Source: Nitrospirota bacterium
GTDB taxonomy: Bacteria > Nitrospirota > Thermodesulfovibrionia > Thermodesulfovibrionales > Dissulfurispiraceae
NCBI GenBank assembly: GCA_963790025.1
Contig: CAWBMP010000004.1
Span: 448,001-512,000 of the forward strand
Direction of reading: 5' to 3'
DNA: 64,000 nucleotides
Made by a program: the position numbers and the translations under genes. The notes beneath the pieces are model-generated. The model saw nothing but the letters and a program-made list of their open reading frames with translations, made no database searches and had not been told where the DNA came from. How positions within the stretch are numbered: the stretch's first letter is position 1; each line of letters opens with the position of its first letter. Shown here in pieces: positions 9,315-20,199 of this stretch.

Positions 9315-10466
9315 TCAAATATAAATTCTCCTGGCCCTGCTGCCTATGGACAGCATTATTTCGTAAGGGATAGTGTTCGACCACTGTGCAAGGTCTTCGG
9401 CGCTTATGCTCTCATCACCCTGAATGCCCATAATAGTGACATCATCCGTTTCGGATGCCTCTGGTATGTCCGTAACATCGATCATTGTGATATCCATACA
9501 GACACGTCCCACAACCGGGGCCCTTTTGCCTCTCACTAGTACTTCCCCTTTATTGGAAAAGAGCCTGCTGAACCCGTCGGCATAACCTGCCGCTACAACT
9601 CCGATCAGGCTCTCTCTTGCAGTAACAAAAGTCCTGCCATAGCTGACGGGGGTGCCCGGCGGCAGCTTTCGCAATGCTAATATTCGGGCCTTCGCGCTCA
9701 TTACAGTGACCAGTTTTGGAAGGCGGACATCAGCAGTCCCTAAAGGCAGCAGACTTTGAGGGGAGACAGCAGAGTATCCGTAGAGCATTATGCCGGGCCT
9801 GACCGCGTCGGAGTGCGATTCCGGCAGCGCCATCACCGCAGCGCTATTCGCCAAATGATACAGCGGTACATGCAAGCCATGTGCGGTCAGGTCATTCCTG
9901 AGGGCATTGAACGCATCGATCTGAGAACGGGCAAAAGAGAGATCACTCAGGTCAGCATCGGAAAAATGGCTCATGATCCCTTCAATATTGATTCCCTGCA
10001 AGCGGGAAATCTCAAGGATGTCCCTGGCACACCCCGAAATGTCGAAGCACTTTTCCGCACCGCATCTAAGGCCGAGTCTCCCCATGCCGGTATCAACTTT
10101 AATATGTATTGTTATATGCCGGCCCCGCCTCACTGCCTCGCGCGACAGAGCAAATGCCGCCTTCAGGGTCCCAACAGCAGGAGTAAGATTGTATTCAAAG
10201 GCTTCGGTAACGTCCGGATCGAAGAGCACAAGGATATGGGCTGTAATGCCTGCCTCTCGCAGTTCCAGGGCCTCATTCATGAACGCGACCGCAAGATATT
10301 CAACCCCATCGCTGACCAGTCTTTCAGAGACCTGGACAGCGCCATGGCCGTATGCATCGGCCTTGACCACGGCGATAACAGGCCTGCCCCCTGTTATTTG
10401 CCTGATTACCTTGAAATTATGGGAGACCGCCTGCAAGTCTATCTCGGCAACAAGTCCTCTTTTCAT
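9315..10466 (-). CDS. alr: Alanine racemase
   Basis: AVVKADAYGHG, KVDTGMGRLG, GRVCMD, TIPYE. Confidence 0.96.
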   Translation of the reverse strand: MKRGLVAEIDLQAVSHNFKVIRQITGGRPVIAVVKADAYGHGAVQVSERLVSDGVEYLAVAFMNEALELREAGITAHILVLFDPDVTEAFEYNLTPAVGTLKAAFALSREAVRRGRHITIHIKVDTGMGRLGLRCGAEKCFDISGCARDILEISRLQGINIEGIMSHFSDADLSDLSFARSQIDAFNALRNDLTAHGLHVPLYHLANSAAVMALPESHSDAVRPGIMLYGYSAVSPQSLLPLGTADVRLPKLVTVMSAKARILALRKLPPGTPVSYGRTFVTARESLIGVVAAGYADGFSRLFSNKGEVLVRGKRAPVVGRVCMDITMIDVTDIPEASETDDVTIMGIQGDESISAEDLAQWSNTIPYEIMLSIGSRARRIYI

Positions 10467-10467
10467 A

Positions 10468-11112
10468 TCACGCCGGCTGCCTCCCCAGCATATGCCTCAC
10501 CGCTTCATATTCTTCCATGGTATTAATATTCATGAATGATCTGCCCTCGGGGTCTATGGTCCGCATATCCGGCTCATTGATGAAATATGTCCTCACCTCG
10601 CGCAAAAGAGGGACCAGCGATGTTTTATCGTGCATAATCCCATCCTCCAGGTAAGGCAGCAGTGTTCGTGAATATATGCCCAGCAAAGGCTGCGGCTTAT
10701 CATTGAAAATAGGGACAGCGGCGTCGCAGGGCCCGCATTCCCCGCAGTAACACAAGTGCCGTTCATTGATAAAGTTTATGACCTCTTTGTTCAGAAAGGG
10801 CATATCGCAGGCAATCACAAAAACACCCGGCCCCTCTGCATTAATCAGAGCCGAATAAATTCCTGACATAGGCCCTCTGGACTGCAGCACATCGCCGATG
10901 AGCTTTGCCCCACGGCGCACGGCAAGATTAAAGTATGGTCCCGGATCATTGGTGCTTATAAATACTTCCTCAAATAATTCTTTAAGCAGTGCAAGGTTCC
11001 TTGCGATAATAGGTGTGCCTTCGAGGTTTATAAAGCTTTTTAATGAAGGGAACCTCCGGTTCCTGCCACCGGCAAGGATCACCGCGGCAGTGACCTTTTC
11101 ACATCCGATCAT
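10468..11112 (-). CDS. mobA: Molybdenum cofactor guanylyltransferase
   Basis: ILAGG.NRRF, GPMSGI, ACDMPF, NINT. Confidence 0.88.
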   Translation of the reverse strand: MIGCEKVTAAVILAGGRNRRFPSLKSFINLEGTPIIARNLALLKELFEEVFISTNDPGPYFNLAVRRGAKLIGDVLQSRGPMSGIYSALINAEGPGVFVIACDMPFLNKEVINFINERHLCYCGECGPCDAAVPIFNDKPQPLLGIYSRTLLPYLEDGIMHDKTSLVPLLREVRTYFINEPDMRTIDPEGRSFMNINTMEEYEAVRHMLGRQPA

Positions 11113-11912
11113 TTTATGACGACTCCGGCGTATCCGACAACATGTTCGTAATCACCACTTACTTCACCCGATGTCGCATATTTTACAAGCCTTGTTTCAC
11201 GTGCTCCCAAAGCCTTTGCCGCATAGAGCATAATCGTCGCAGGAATAAAGCCGCACATCGAAATCTTTTCCTTCACCACAGCGGCATAAAGCCCTTCGGG
11301 ACTCAAATTAAGTATTTCAACCAGAGCGAGATTATCAAGAGTCCTGGCAAGATCATCGGAAATATAGTGGCTCATGTCAGAACTTGCAACAATTACGACC
11401 GACCTTCTTGAATGCTTGACCGCCCTCGCTATCCCTTCACCTATAGTCTTGCACTCCTGCAACGATGCATTCATCACGGCAATTGGGACTATCTTGACAG
11501 CATCGGAAAAATAGGCAATAAACGGCAATTGTACCTCGATAGAATGCTCAAACCGGTGAGCCTCCATATCGCGGGACATGGCCGGGACTTCTCCTGCTAT
11601 AGCTTCCGCCAGGTCCTCATCTACGGGTAGTATCCGGTTGGGTATTTCCCATTCACCCGAAGCCATCAGCGACAGGCGTGGACCGAGCCCGGTATGATTA
11701 GGCCCGAGGAGGACAAAAGTATCAGGAAAGCTGATCGATGAGTAGACTGCGCCGGCCACATGACCGGAATACATCAGACCGGCATGGGGCGAGAGCATAC
11801 CGATTACTTTCTCCCTTACAACGTCCCTGCCGATATAGTGCTCAACCTGGCTCTTTAAACGTATTGCCGTACCATCATAAAATTGTCCCGCCACCGCTGG
11901 AGATCTCTTCAT
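11109..11912 (-). CDS. amrB: AmmeMemoRadiSam system protein B (MEMO1 family)
   Basis: PAVAGQFY, PHAG..YSG, GPNH, EHSIEVQLPF, SSDMSHY, VVGY. Confidence 0.92.
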   Translation of the reverse strand: MKRSPAVAGQFYDGTAIRLKSQVEHYIGRDVVREKVIGMLSPHAGLMYSGHVAGAVYSSISFPDTFVLLGPNHTGLGPRLSLMASGEWEIPNRILPVDEDLAEAIAGEVPAMSRDMEAHRFEHSIEVQLPFIAYFSDAVKIVPIAVMNASLQECKTIGEGIARAVKHSRRSVVIVASSDMSHYISDDLARTLDNLALVEILNLSPEGLYAAVVKEKISMCGFIPATIMLYAAKALGARETRLVKYATSGEVSGDYEHVVGYAGVVIK

Positions 11913-13282
11913 CAGTACACCTCTTCTTCCGTCTCATATGATACACCGGAGTGATCGACAAACTTGGTGCAGTTCGATAAAAACGTAAGATTAATAGTAC
12001 CGGTAGGTCCGTTTCTCTGTTTAGCAATGTCGATTTTAACCATATTCCTGGCAGCAGGGTTGTCCTTGCCCTGATCGCTATCTTTATAAATAAATATAAT
12101 GACATCGGCATCCTGTTCGATGGCGCCCGATTCCCGTATATCGGCAAGCGTAGGCTTGTTTCCGCTCCGCTGCTCTACAGCCCTGTTGAGCTGACTCAAT
12201 GCAATCACAGGTATTTTCAGTTCTTTGGCAAGGGCCTTCAGCGAGCGGGATATATCAGCTATCTCCTGCTCCCGGCGTTCCAAATTTCCCCTGCTCCGCA
12301 TAAGTTGAAGGTAGTCTACAACTACAAGGCTCAGCCCCCGGTGCTCCATCTTGAGCCTCCTTGCCTTTGCCCTTATTTCGAGTACTGTCAGGGCTGAAGA
12401 ATCATCAATAAAAATAGGCGCTTCGGACAACCTGCCTGCCGCGCTGGTGAGCTTCGGCCAATCCTGTCTATTGATAAAACCTTTCCTCACATGCGAGGAA
12501 TCCACCATGCTCTCGGCACACAGCATTCTCATGACCAACTGTTCCTTGGACATTTCGAGACTGAATACAGCGACAGGCTCCTTCATTTGGATTCCAACAT
12601 GCTGGGCAACATTAAGTGCGAATGCGGTTTTACCCATGCCGGGCCTTCCGCCAATAATAATCAGTTCTCCCGGTTGAAAGCCCGCGGTCAGCTCATCCAG
12701 GTCCTTAAAGCCCGTAGACACTCCGGTAATCGCCTCTTTTTTCTCATAAAGGTGCTCGATCATTTTAAAGGTGTCTTTAACTACATCCTTCATGCTGGCA
12801 AAGGAGGTCTTGGTCCTTTTCTCAGCTATGTCGAATATGACCTTTTCCGCGTAGTCAACCATCTCATCCGCTTCAAGGTCATCCTCATAGACCCTTGTAT
12901 TGATATGCGTTGCAGTCTGAATCAGCGCTCTCAGCAGCGATTTCTCGCGGACTATTTTCGCATGATAACGTACATTGGCGGATGTGGGAATACTATTGAC
13001 CAGGACTGAAAGATATGCAACGCCTCCGACAGTATCGAGTTCATTCGTTTTCCTCAGATAATCGGTGAGCGTGATGATGTCGATGGGATCGTTCTTATTG
13101 AAAAGCTCAAGCATTGCGTTATACAAACGCCTGTGTGATTCCCTATAGAAATCATCGGTGGCAAGCATCTCAAGGGCCTTCGGCAAGGCCTCGTTGTCGA
13201 AAATTATGGAACCTAGAACGGACTGCTCTGCCTCAATGTTCTGGGGAGGCAATTTATCTATGCTCACTCCGGCATCATTCAT
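11912..13282 (-). CDS. dnaB: Replicative DNA helicase
   Basis: PPQNIEAEQ, RPGMGKT, DYLQL, SQLNR, ESGAIEQDAD, AKQRNGP; alternative GTG start at 13312. Confidence 0.97.
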   Translation of the reverse strand: MNDAGVSIDKLPPQNIEAEQSVLGSIIFDNEALPKALEMLATDDFYRESHRRLYNAMLELFNKNDPIDIITLTDYLRKTNELDTVGGVAYLSVLVNSIPTSANVRYHAKIVREKSLLRALIQTATHINTRVYEDDLEADEMVDYAEKVIFDIAEKRTKTSFASMKDVVKDTFKMIEHLYEKKEAITGVSTGFKDLDELTAGFQPGELIIIGGRPGMGKTAFALNVAQHVGIQMKEPVAVFSLEMSKEQLVMRMLCAESMVDSSHVRKGFINRQDWPKLTSAAGRLSEAPIFIDDSSALTVLEIRAKARRLKMEHRGLSLVVVDYLQLMRSRGNLERREQEIADISRSLKALAKELKIPVIALSQLNRAVEQRSGNKPTLADIRESGAIEQDADVIIFIYKDSDQGKDNPAARNMVKIDIAKQRNGPTGTINLTFLSNCTKFVDHSGVSYETEEEVY

Positions 13283-13321
13283 AACGTTCTCTGTTAACCG
13301 TTGACCGCTCACACTGAACGG

Positions 13322-13774
13322 TTAACCTGCTTGTTCGCTAACCACCTGGACCGCAAGCTGCGCGGAGACCTCAGGGTGGACTTTAACGCTCACCGTGTAA
13401 TTACCCAGCCGCTTGATCGGCTCTTCGAGAATGATCTTTTTCCGGTCAATATCCAGTCCCTCTTTCTTTAGCGCTTCAGCAAGGTCCATGGCAGTAACAG
13501 AGCCGAAAAGCTTCTCTTCCTCGCCGACCTTTGCCCTGATCGTAATCGTGGTAGCGGATATTTTGGAAGACAGTTCCTCAGCGCCTGATTTTGCCTTTCT
13601 CACTGTTTCCTGTATCTTTCTCTTCTCATGTTCGAGGGCTTTGATATTTTTGGGGTTCGCTTCCAATGCCAATCCCTTCGGTATGAGAAAATTACGCGCA
13701 TATCCGTCCTTAACAGTCAGCATTTCACCTATGTGACCCACGTCTTTAACATCCTGCTTGAGAATAACCTTCAT
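13322..13774 (-). CDS. rplI: 50S ribosomal protein L9
   Basis: MKVIL...[19 protein letters not shown]. Confidence 0.97.
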   Translation of the reverse strand: MKVILKQDVKDVGHIGEMLTVKDGYARNFLIPKGLALEANPKNIKALEHEKRKIQETVRKAKSGAEELSSKISATTITIRAKVGEEEKLFGSVTAMDLAEALKKEGLDIDRKKIILEEPIKRLGNYTVSVKVHPEVSAQLAVQVVSEQAG

Positions 13775-13855
13775 GCGAAACGTCTCCTTTCACCATCATT
13801 TTTCATTAGTATAAACAATCCCGGCCAAAATAGGGTAGAGGAAACAGTTTCGTGG

Positions 13856-14608
13856 CTATATCTTCCCAACCGCTGCCAGGTAAATCGTAAACTCGTCATT
13901 ACCGTCGACTCCCAATAGCCGGTCCATTAACCCCTGATCGTAAGCAGCAATGGCGCAAGTACCGCCTCCAATTGCCGCACTGGCCAGGTAGAGATTCTGA
14001 CACACATGTCCGGCATCCAGTGCAATGACCTTATGCGATGCGAGATGGTAGCGCCACTCCATTCGATAAGGGACAGTCGTCCATATAAAAATTACCGGGG
14101 CCTTCCCCAGAAAGGATTGATTCAATGCAGCGGCCACAATTTTATTCGATAGATCCTTTTCAATTGATACTGCCAGAAGTTGGCCTTCGACCGGGAGATA
14201 ACGATATATGCCCATTTCCAATCCCGAAACATTCAAAACGCACAGATACGTCTCCAGTGCATGGCGGCAACCGGCCGAAGGAACTGTCCGAAACGCCGTT
14301 GCTTCATTTGCCACCTTTCGTATTCCCTGAGTTGCCCAGAGCAAAAAGGAGATTTCTTCCAGGGTCAGGGGTCCGGCCTTGAACTGCCTGTGGCTTCTAC
14401 GGTTTTGTATCGCGGACATGAGATCAATTTCAGGAATGTTATGCCAGCCGTCTTTGCCGATAAGGCCAATCCGATGACTATCCATCGGATACGGCTTTTC
14501 AATGGGCGGCGGGTATACGCCTTGACTTTGATCAGTCAGGCTGAAATCTATGGTCTGACGTATATTATCTTTTAAAAAATAGCGGCAACTCTCAAATGTG
14601 GCCCCCAT
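13856..14608 (-). CDS. SagB/ThcOx-family nitroreductase-like dehydrogenase
   Basis: RRSHR, RTVPSAG.RH.LETY, LDAGHVCQNLYL; start MGATFES after a GGAG SD. Confidence 0.85.
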   Translation of the reverse strand: MGATFESCRYFLKDNIRQTIDFSLTDQSQGVYPPPIEKPYPMDSHRIGLIGKDGWHNIPEIDLMSAIQNRRSHRQFKAGPLTLEEISFLLWATQGIRKVANEATAFRTVPSAGCRHALETYLCVLNVSGLEMGIYRYLPVEGQLLAVSIEKDLSNKIVAAALNQSFLGKAPVIFIWTTVPYRMEWRYHLASHKVIALDAGHVCQNLYLASAAIGGGTCAIAAYDQGLMDRLLGVDGNDEFTIYLAAVGKI

Positions 14609-14677
14609 AAACACTCCTTCCGATATGCCTGCTGGCTGCCCTTGAAGTCGCCACACGAGGTCATAACATCATAATTC

Positions 14678-16837
14678 TTAATTAGGTTTTGACAATTCCG
14701 CCAGCAGCTCAGCCAGCATTTTATAATGACCCCGCTCCACAGAGACCTTGATCGAGGAACTCAATAGGGGTTGGATGTCTTTGGTGTTTGCCGGTCTCGA
14801 AAATAGATACCCCTGACTTTGACTGCATCCCATCTCTTTCAGCTTCTCAAGCTGATCTATTGTCTCGACTCCTTCAGCAGTTGATTCCAGACCCAAAGAG
14901 TTCGACAGCAATACCACTGTTTTAATGATCTCAAAGTTTTGAGGATCAACCGTCATCCTGCTGATAAAGCTCCGGTCGATCTTAACGCTATTGACAGGAA
15001 ATCGCGGCAGATAACTCAACGATGAGTACCCGGTGCCAAAATCATCAATTGATAAACGCACACCCAGCCCTTTCAACTTGCGAAGTATGTCCACGGTATC
15101 ATGAGAATCTTCCATTATCACGCTCTCTGTTATCTCGATGTCCAGCAATTCGGGTTTAAGGCCCGTATCATCCAGTATTTTTGAAACCACGTCAACAAAA
15201 TCCTTTTGTCTCAGCTGCCGGGCGGACACATTAACAGCAACAGCCAACGTGGGCATACCTGAATCGTTCCATGCCTTGACCTGGGTGCAAGCAGTCCGCA
15301 TGACCCACTCACCCATGGGAATTATCAAACCGTTTTCTTCCGCAACAGCTATAAACTCCCCCGGCATTACAATCCCGCGTGCGGGATGCGCCCATCGTAT
15401 AAGTGCCTCTACAGCTATTGTCTGGCCGGTGCGCAAGGATACAATGGGTTGATAGTGAAGGCAGAATTCCTGATGTTCCAGTGCTCTCCTAAGCTCACTT
15501 TCGAGCTGCAGCCTTGTGACAGCCTGTGCATGCATTGAGTGGTCAAAAATCTCATGCCGTGCTTTGCCTTTTGATTTGGCCCGGTACATGGCAGTGTCGG
15601 CATCCCGAAGCAGGTCTTCCGACCTGGTATAATCAGTTGAACTGAAAGCAATGCCTATACTGCACGACACGAACATTTCAGTCCCGCCAATGACAAAAGG
15701 CTCCTTGAGGGTTTCCTGTATTCTTTCCGCGGTGCGCGTTGCAGAATTAGTTTCATTTAAATCCTCCATGAGAACAACGAACTCATCGCCTCCAAGACGC
15801 GCAACAGTATCTTCAGTTCGCACACAGTCCTTAAGCTTCCTGGACACCAAAATGAGCAGTTCGTCGCCGATATTATGTCCGAGACTGTCATTGATGACTT
15901 TGAAACTGTCAAGATCAAGGAAGATGACGGCAAAGATATCGTCACTGTTGCGCACTGCACGCTTCCATGCCTGTTCAAGTCTGTCCATCAGCAATGCCCT
16001 GTTAGGCAAACCGGTCAATGAATCATGAAATGCATCGCGCAGCAATTGTTCCTCGGCACGTTTGCGCAACGTGATATCTGACATGGAGCCGGCCATACGA
16101 TATGGTTTATCTTTGTCATACCGCACGGCAATGCCCCGGCAAAGCATCCAGCGTTCGGTACCGTCCCTGTGGCGCATCCGGTATTCTGCTTCAAAATGGT
16201 CGGATGCGCCATCCAGATGAGCGCCGATCAGCACCTTGACCTTCTCTAGCTCGTCAGGGTGTATCCTGCTGAACCACTCGTCAAGACTCTCACCGATATC
16301 GCCCTCTTCATATCCAAGCATTGACTTCCAGCGGAAGGAATAATGGACCGTACCCTCTTCTATGTTCCAGTCCCACAAGCCGTCGTTGGCCCCCATTGCA
16401 GCAAGGGCATAGCGCTCCTGGCTCACCCTCAGTTCTTCGGCCGTCCGGCTTGAACGTAAAATATAACGGACATGATGTCCCAGTAATGCCGACTTGAGCG
16501 GTTTTGTTATAAAGTCAGTAGCGCCCACTTGATAGGCCTTGTTTATTGATTCGGTATCTCCAAGACCTGTCATCATCAGGATCGGAACAAAGTTCCCGCC
16601 AGGCATGTCCCGCAGCTTGGTACAAACAGCAAAACCATCAAGCCCGGGCATCTGGACATCCAGCAGGACTATATCCGGCTGCAGCCGCTCAAAAGACTCA
16701 ATTGCCGTGATGCCTTCAGCAGCTTCCTCAACAGTAAAACCTGCTTCAGTCAAATATCCAGCGGCCAGAAGCCGCATGGTTTCATCATCATCCACAATCA
16801 ATATAAGGGGGATCTGTCGCTGGGTCCTCGGTTTCAT
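14678..16837 (-). CDS. Response regulator REC-PAS-GGDEF-EAL (diguanylate cyclase/phosphodiesterase)
   Basis: IVDDD / LLDVQMP receiver, NDGLWDW PAS, intact GGDEF, EAL and DDFGTGYSSL. Confidence 0.93.
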   Translation of the reverse strand: MKPRTQRQIPLILIVDDDETMRLLAAGYLTEAGFTVEEAAEGITAIESFERLQPDIVLLDVQMPGLDGFAVCTKLRDMPGGNFVPILMMTGLGDTESINKAYQVGATDFITKPLKSALLGHHVRYILRSSRTAEELRVSQERYALAAMGANDGLWDWNIEEGTVHYSFRWKSMLGYEEGDIGESLDEWFSRIHPDELEKVKVLIGAHLDGASDHFEAEYRMRHRDGTERWMLCRGIAVRYDKDKPYRMAGSMSDITLRKRAEEQLLRDAFHDSLTGLPNRALLMDRLEQAWKRAVRNSDDIFAVIFLDLDSFKVINDSLGHNIGDELLILVSRKLKDCVRTEDTVARLGGDEFVVLMEDLNETNSATRTAERIQETLKEPFVIGGTEMFVSCSIGIAFSSTDYTRSEDLLRDADTAMYRAKSKGKARHEIFDHSMHAQAVTRLQLESELRRALEHQEFCLHYQPIVSLRTGQTIAVEALIRWAHPARGIVMPGEFIAVAEENGLIIPMGEWVMRTACTQVKAWNDSGMPTLAVAVNVSARQLRQKDFVDVVSKILDDTGLKPELLDIEITESVIMEDSHDTVDILRKLKGLGVRLSIDDFGTGYSSLSYLPRFPVNSVKIDRSFISRMTVDPQNFEIIKTVVLLSNSLGLESTAEGVETIDQLEKLKEMGCSQSQGYLFSRPANTKDIQPLLSSSIKVSVERGHYKMLAELLAELSKPN

Positions 16838-16986
16838 TGCACTCTCCTTTGAGGTCTTTCCAGGGTTATATGCATAGCATGCTATTCTTTATTAAACACA
16901 TTCCTGATTCAGTTTAAATGGTCGGCTTTGAGCCGGGCTTGCCGCATTTGCATGTGTTAAGGTCCATCCTTTCCTACGGCAAGTTT

Positions 16987-19900
16987 TTATGATGGGAGGT
17001 TGCCGTCCTGGGTAAGCAGTCCCCTCTTTTGGAGCTCCATCTCAAGGGCAATGATGACTGCCTCGCTTTCTGCTTCAACCTTCTGAAACAGTTCGCCGGC
17101 CCTGTCAAGCTCATTATTCCTGCCAATGTTCTCCAATTCCTGCAAAAGAGAAGCAAGCGATTTTGCCCCGACTGCCGCGCTGCTCGACTTCATGGTGTGC
17201 GCCTGGAACTTGATTCCGCCGGCATCGCCGCCGGCCACGGCATTGCGCAACGCCCCCATGTACTTTATCGTATTATTCATGTAAAGTGTAATGACCTTGC
17301 CGAGTAAGGCGGTGCCGCCACTTTTCATGGAAGCAGTTATTTCATCCAAGACCCCGTTATCAATAATAGTCGGTGAAGGCGCCGGCTCCTTCACAGGTGA
17401 GCTGATGCCCGTTGCCCGGGCTGAAGATGGCAGGACGTCGCAGCGGCGGACTTCGCCCTTTTGCACCCACCGGCCTATAATTGACAAGAGATCTGCTTTC
17501 TTGAACGGCTTGGTGAGATAGTCATCCATACCTGCGGCGATGCACAGGTCCCGGTCACCCTGCATCGCATGTGCTGTCAGAGCAATGACCGGCACACGTT
17601 TTCCACCATTTAACTGTCTCTCCCTGTACCTTATTATTTTTGTCGCTTCATATCCGTCCAGTACCGGCATCTGGCAGTCCATAACAATAAGATCATAGGT
17701 GGTCTTTAAAAAAGCATCAATGGCCTCTGCGCCATTGTCCACAATATCGACTTCCAACCCTAACCCTTCGAGCATGCCCTTTGCTACAGCCTGATTGGTG
17801 GGGTTGTCCTCGGCAAGAAGAACGCGCCCCTCAAGCCTGACCTCAACATCAGGGTCAGGATAGTCATCGCTCGCTGAGTGCAAAGGTGTCCCGGCGGTCT
17901 GATTCAAAACTGAGACTATGCAGTCGAAGAGCTGGGACCGCTGCACCGGCTTGTTCAAGAAGGCGTCGACGCCGATCTCCTTCATATGTTTAGTGCTCAT
18001 ACGATAGCCGACAGGGGTCAACATGATAATTCGCGTGTTGCTGATGTCGGTGTCGGCTTTTATAGCTCGGGCCAGCTCTCCTTCGTCCATATCTGCCAGC
18101 TTTGTGCCTATGAGCGCCATGCCGTATGGCTTTCCGGCTATGTATGCGGCACGCAATATATGCAACGCCTCCCGACTGTCCGATACGCTCTGATTCTGAA
18201 TGCCCCAAAGAGACATCTGTTCGGTCAGGAAGAGACAAGTAGTTGCATTATCATCAACAACAAGGACGCGCAGGCATTTGGACCCCGGAGGGATGGCCTC
18301 TTTTACGTGACTGTCATGAGGTTGTTTTTGGAACCGCGCGGTAAGCCAGAATGTGGACCCCTCTCCGTATTTGCTCTCAAAATGCAAATCACCACCCATA
18401 AGGATGCTGAGCTGTTTGGCAATAGCGAGACCCAATCCGGTGCCGCCATGCTTTCGAGTGGTTGATACATCCGCCTGCGTAAAAGGCTGGAAGAGTTTTT
18501 CCTGCATCGCGGGCTTGATTCCGATCCCAGTGTCACGGATTGAAAACTGGAGTTCGCATTTGTCTTCATCTTCATCCCTGACCTGTACATCAAGCACCAC
18601 CTCTCCCTGCTCAGTAAACTTTATGGCATTCCCGATGAGATTGATCACAATCTGACGAAGACGCTCCGGGTCCCCGCGCAGGGCAGTAGGGACATTGTCC
18701 TGTATTCTGCAGGCAAGGTCCAGTTTCTTCCGGTGAGCGCGCTCGGCAAGTAACTGTACTGACTCTTCAACAGTCCTGTGAAGATTGAAGTCGATGTTCG
18801 CCAACTCAACTCGCCCTGCCTCTATTTTCGACAAATCAAGAATGCTGTTTATGATGCTCAGCAGAGACTCTCCGGAACTCCGGACGATTTCGGCGAAACG
18901 CCGCTGGTCATCGGTCAATCTGGTCTCTAATAGAAGTTCTATCATACCGAGCACTCCATTCATCGGGGTGCGTATCTCATGGCTCATGTTGGCGAGAAAC
19001 TGGGATTTTGCCATGCTCGCTCTCACAGCGTCTTCTTTGGCTTTTTTAAGGGCTTCCTCTGTCGCTTTGCGCTCGGTGATGTCCAAAGCAATACACACTG
19101 CCCCCTGAATATCGCCGTCAGAGGTATGCATGACAGAACGGGAAAAAAGCACGGGGATTCTTTTGCCGTTCTTTGCAAGGTAAACCATCCCTAAATTTGA
19201 TAGTGACCCCTTTCCAGTTAACTCGTTGAATCCGTCCCGTGGTATTGAAAAGGCCCCGTCCGTACCTTCGGGCGCAAGAATTTTTTCTATTGGCTTGCCG
19301 ATAAGCTCCTCCTCCGTATATCCCAACAGGTCAAGGGTGGCTCTGTTTACTTTGTTGATGGTGCCCGCAGTGTCAGTTACGATTAACGCGTCGTTCATCG
19401 ATTTAATGATATCATCGGTGTATTCCCGCGAGGCGACAATCTCTTCCTGTGATTTCTGCAAGGCTTCGGTCATCCTGTTAAACGAATTACCGAGACGTTC
19501 CAACTCGTCTCCTGTTCTTATCTCAGCCCTTGCCGTCAGGTCTCCCGCAGCTACACGCTGGGTCGCCTTGTCCAGCGCATTGATCGGACTGCTCAGCTTT
19601 CTTGCGAAGATAAGCGATGCAGCCATAGCCAGGAAGCTACAAAAAAGAGTCAGCCATAAAGTCCGGAAATACATGCTTCTGACATCAGCGTTATAGTCCT
19701 TCAGGGACAGACCTATATGTATCCAACCCCAGTCTATTCCCGAGTATTTGAAGGGATAGGAATAATGAAATACTTCCTGCGACACCAAATCGCTTTTCAG
19801 GAATGTGCGTCTTGCCTGCCTGCCGTCGGCAGGGTTCCACATGCCGCTGAGTTGACGCTGTTTCCACCCGCTTGCAGTATGCACAAGCGAAAACCCATCG

Positions 19901-20199
19901 TTTCGCGTTATCACTACGTAGAGAATGGAAGAACTCTCTTTTACCACTCTCATGCAATGCTCAACAACTGCACCGTAGTCTTCAGAAATAACCGCACCTG
20001 CGACGACCTGGTCGATAGAGGTCACTATGTTACTGGCCTCTGATTCCATGCTCTCGACAAGGGCCTTTCTCTGGTATGGGAGGTTGGAGGCGACATATAT
20101 AACGAGGGTCACAACAATCAGCAGCCACGAAAGGATAGTGGTGCGCAGAAGTATCCTGTTTTTCCAAAAAGTTATCTCATCCTTCCATATAAATCTCAT
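16987..20199 (-). CDS. Hybrid sensor histidine kinase (TM-periplasmic-TM-HAMP-PAS-HisKA-HATPase-REC-REC-HPt)
   Basis: FLANMSHEIRTPMNG, DTGIG, GGTGLGL, MDCQMP, AHTMKSSS. Confidence 0.93.
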   Translation of the reverse strand: MRFIWKDEITFWKNRILLRTTILSWLLIVVTLVIYVASNLPYQRKALVESMESEASNIVTSIDQVVAGAVISEDYGAVVEHCMRVVKESSSILYVVITRNDGFSLVHTASGWKQRQLSGMWNPADGRQARRTFLKSDLVSQEVFHYSYPFKYSGIDWGWIHIGLSLKDYNADVRSMYFRTLWLTLFCSFLAMAASLIFARKLSSPINALDKATQRVAAGDLTARAEIRTGDELERLGNSFNRMTEALQKSQEEIVASREYTDDIIKSMNDALIVTDTAGTINKVNRATLDLLGYTEEELIGKPIEKILAPEGTDGAFSIPRDGFNELTGKGSLSNLGMVYLAKNGKRIPVLFSRSVMHTSDGDIQGAVCIALDITERKATEEALKKAKEDAVRASMAKSQFLANMSHEIRTPMNGVLGMIELLLETRLTDDQRRFAEIVRSSGESLLSIINSILDLSKIEAGRVELANIDFNLHRTVEESVQLLAERAHRKKLDLACRIQDNVPTALRGDPERLRQIVINLIGNAIKFTEQGEVVLDVQVRDEDEDKCELQFSIRDTGIGIKPAMQEKLFQPFTQADVSTTRKHGGTGLGLAIAKQLSILMGGDLHFESKYGEGSTFWLTARFQKQPHDSHVKEAIPPGSKCLRVLVVDDNATTCLFLTEQMSLWGIQNQSVSDSREALHILRAAYIAGKPYGMALIGTKLADMDEGELARAIKADTDISNTRIIMLTPVGYRMSTKHMKEIGVDAFLNKPVQRSQLFDCIVSVLNQTAGTPLHSASDDYPDPDVEVRLEGRVLLAEDNPTNQAVAKGMLEGLGLEVDIVDNGAEAIDAFLKTTYDLIVMDCQMPVLDGYEATKIIRYRERQLNGGKRVPVIALTAHAMQGDRDLCIAAGMDDYLTKPFKKADLLSIIGRWVQKGEVRRCDVLPSSARATGISSPVKEPAPSPTIIDNGVLDEITASMKSGGTALLGKVITLYMNNTIKYMGALRNAVAGGDAGGIKFQAHTMKSSSAAVGAKSLASLLQELENIGRNNELDRAGELFQKVEAESEAVIIALEMELQKRGLLTQDGNLPS

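Noticed and set aside
11109..11912. Complete AmmeMemoRadiSam system
   Set aside because: Only the B (MEMO) gene is present; the A and radical-SAM partners are not in the window
13856..14608. SagB/ThcOx-like gene as a sign of an azole RiPP cluster
   Set aside because: No YcaO, precursor peptide or exporter nearby; stand-alone nitroreductase-fold homologs are common
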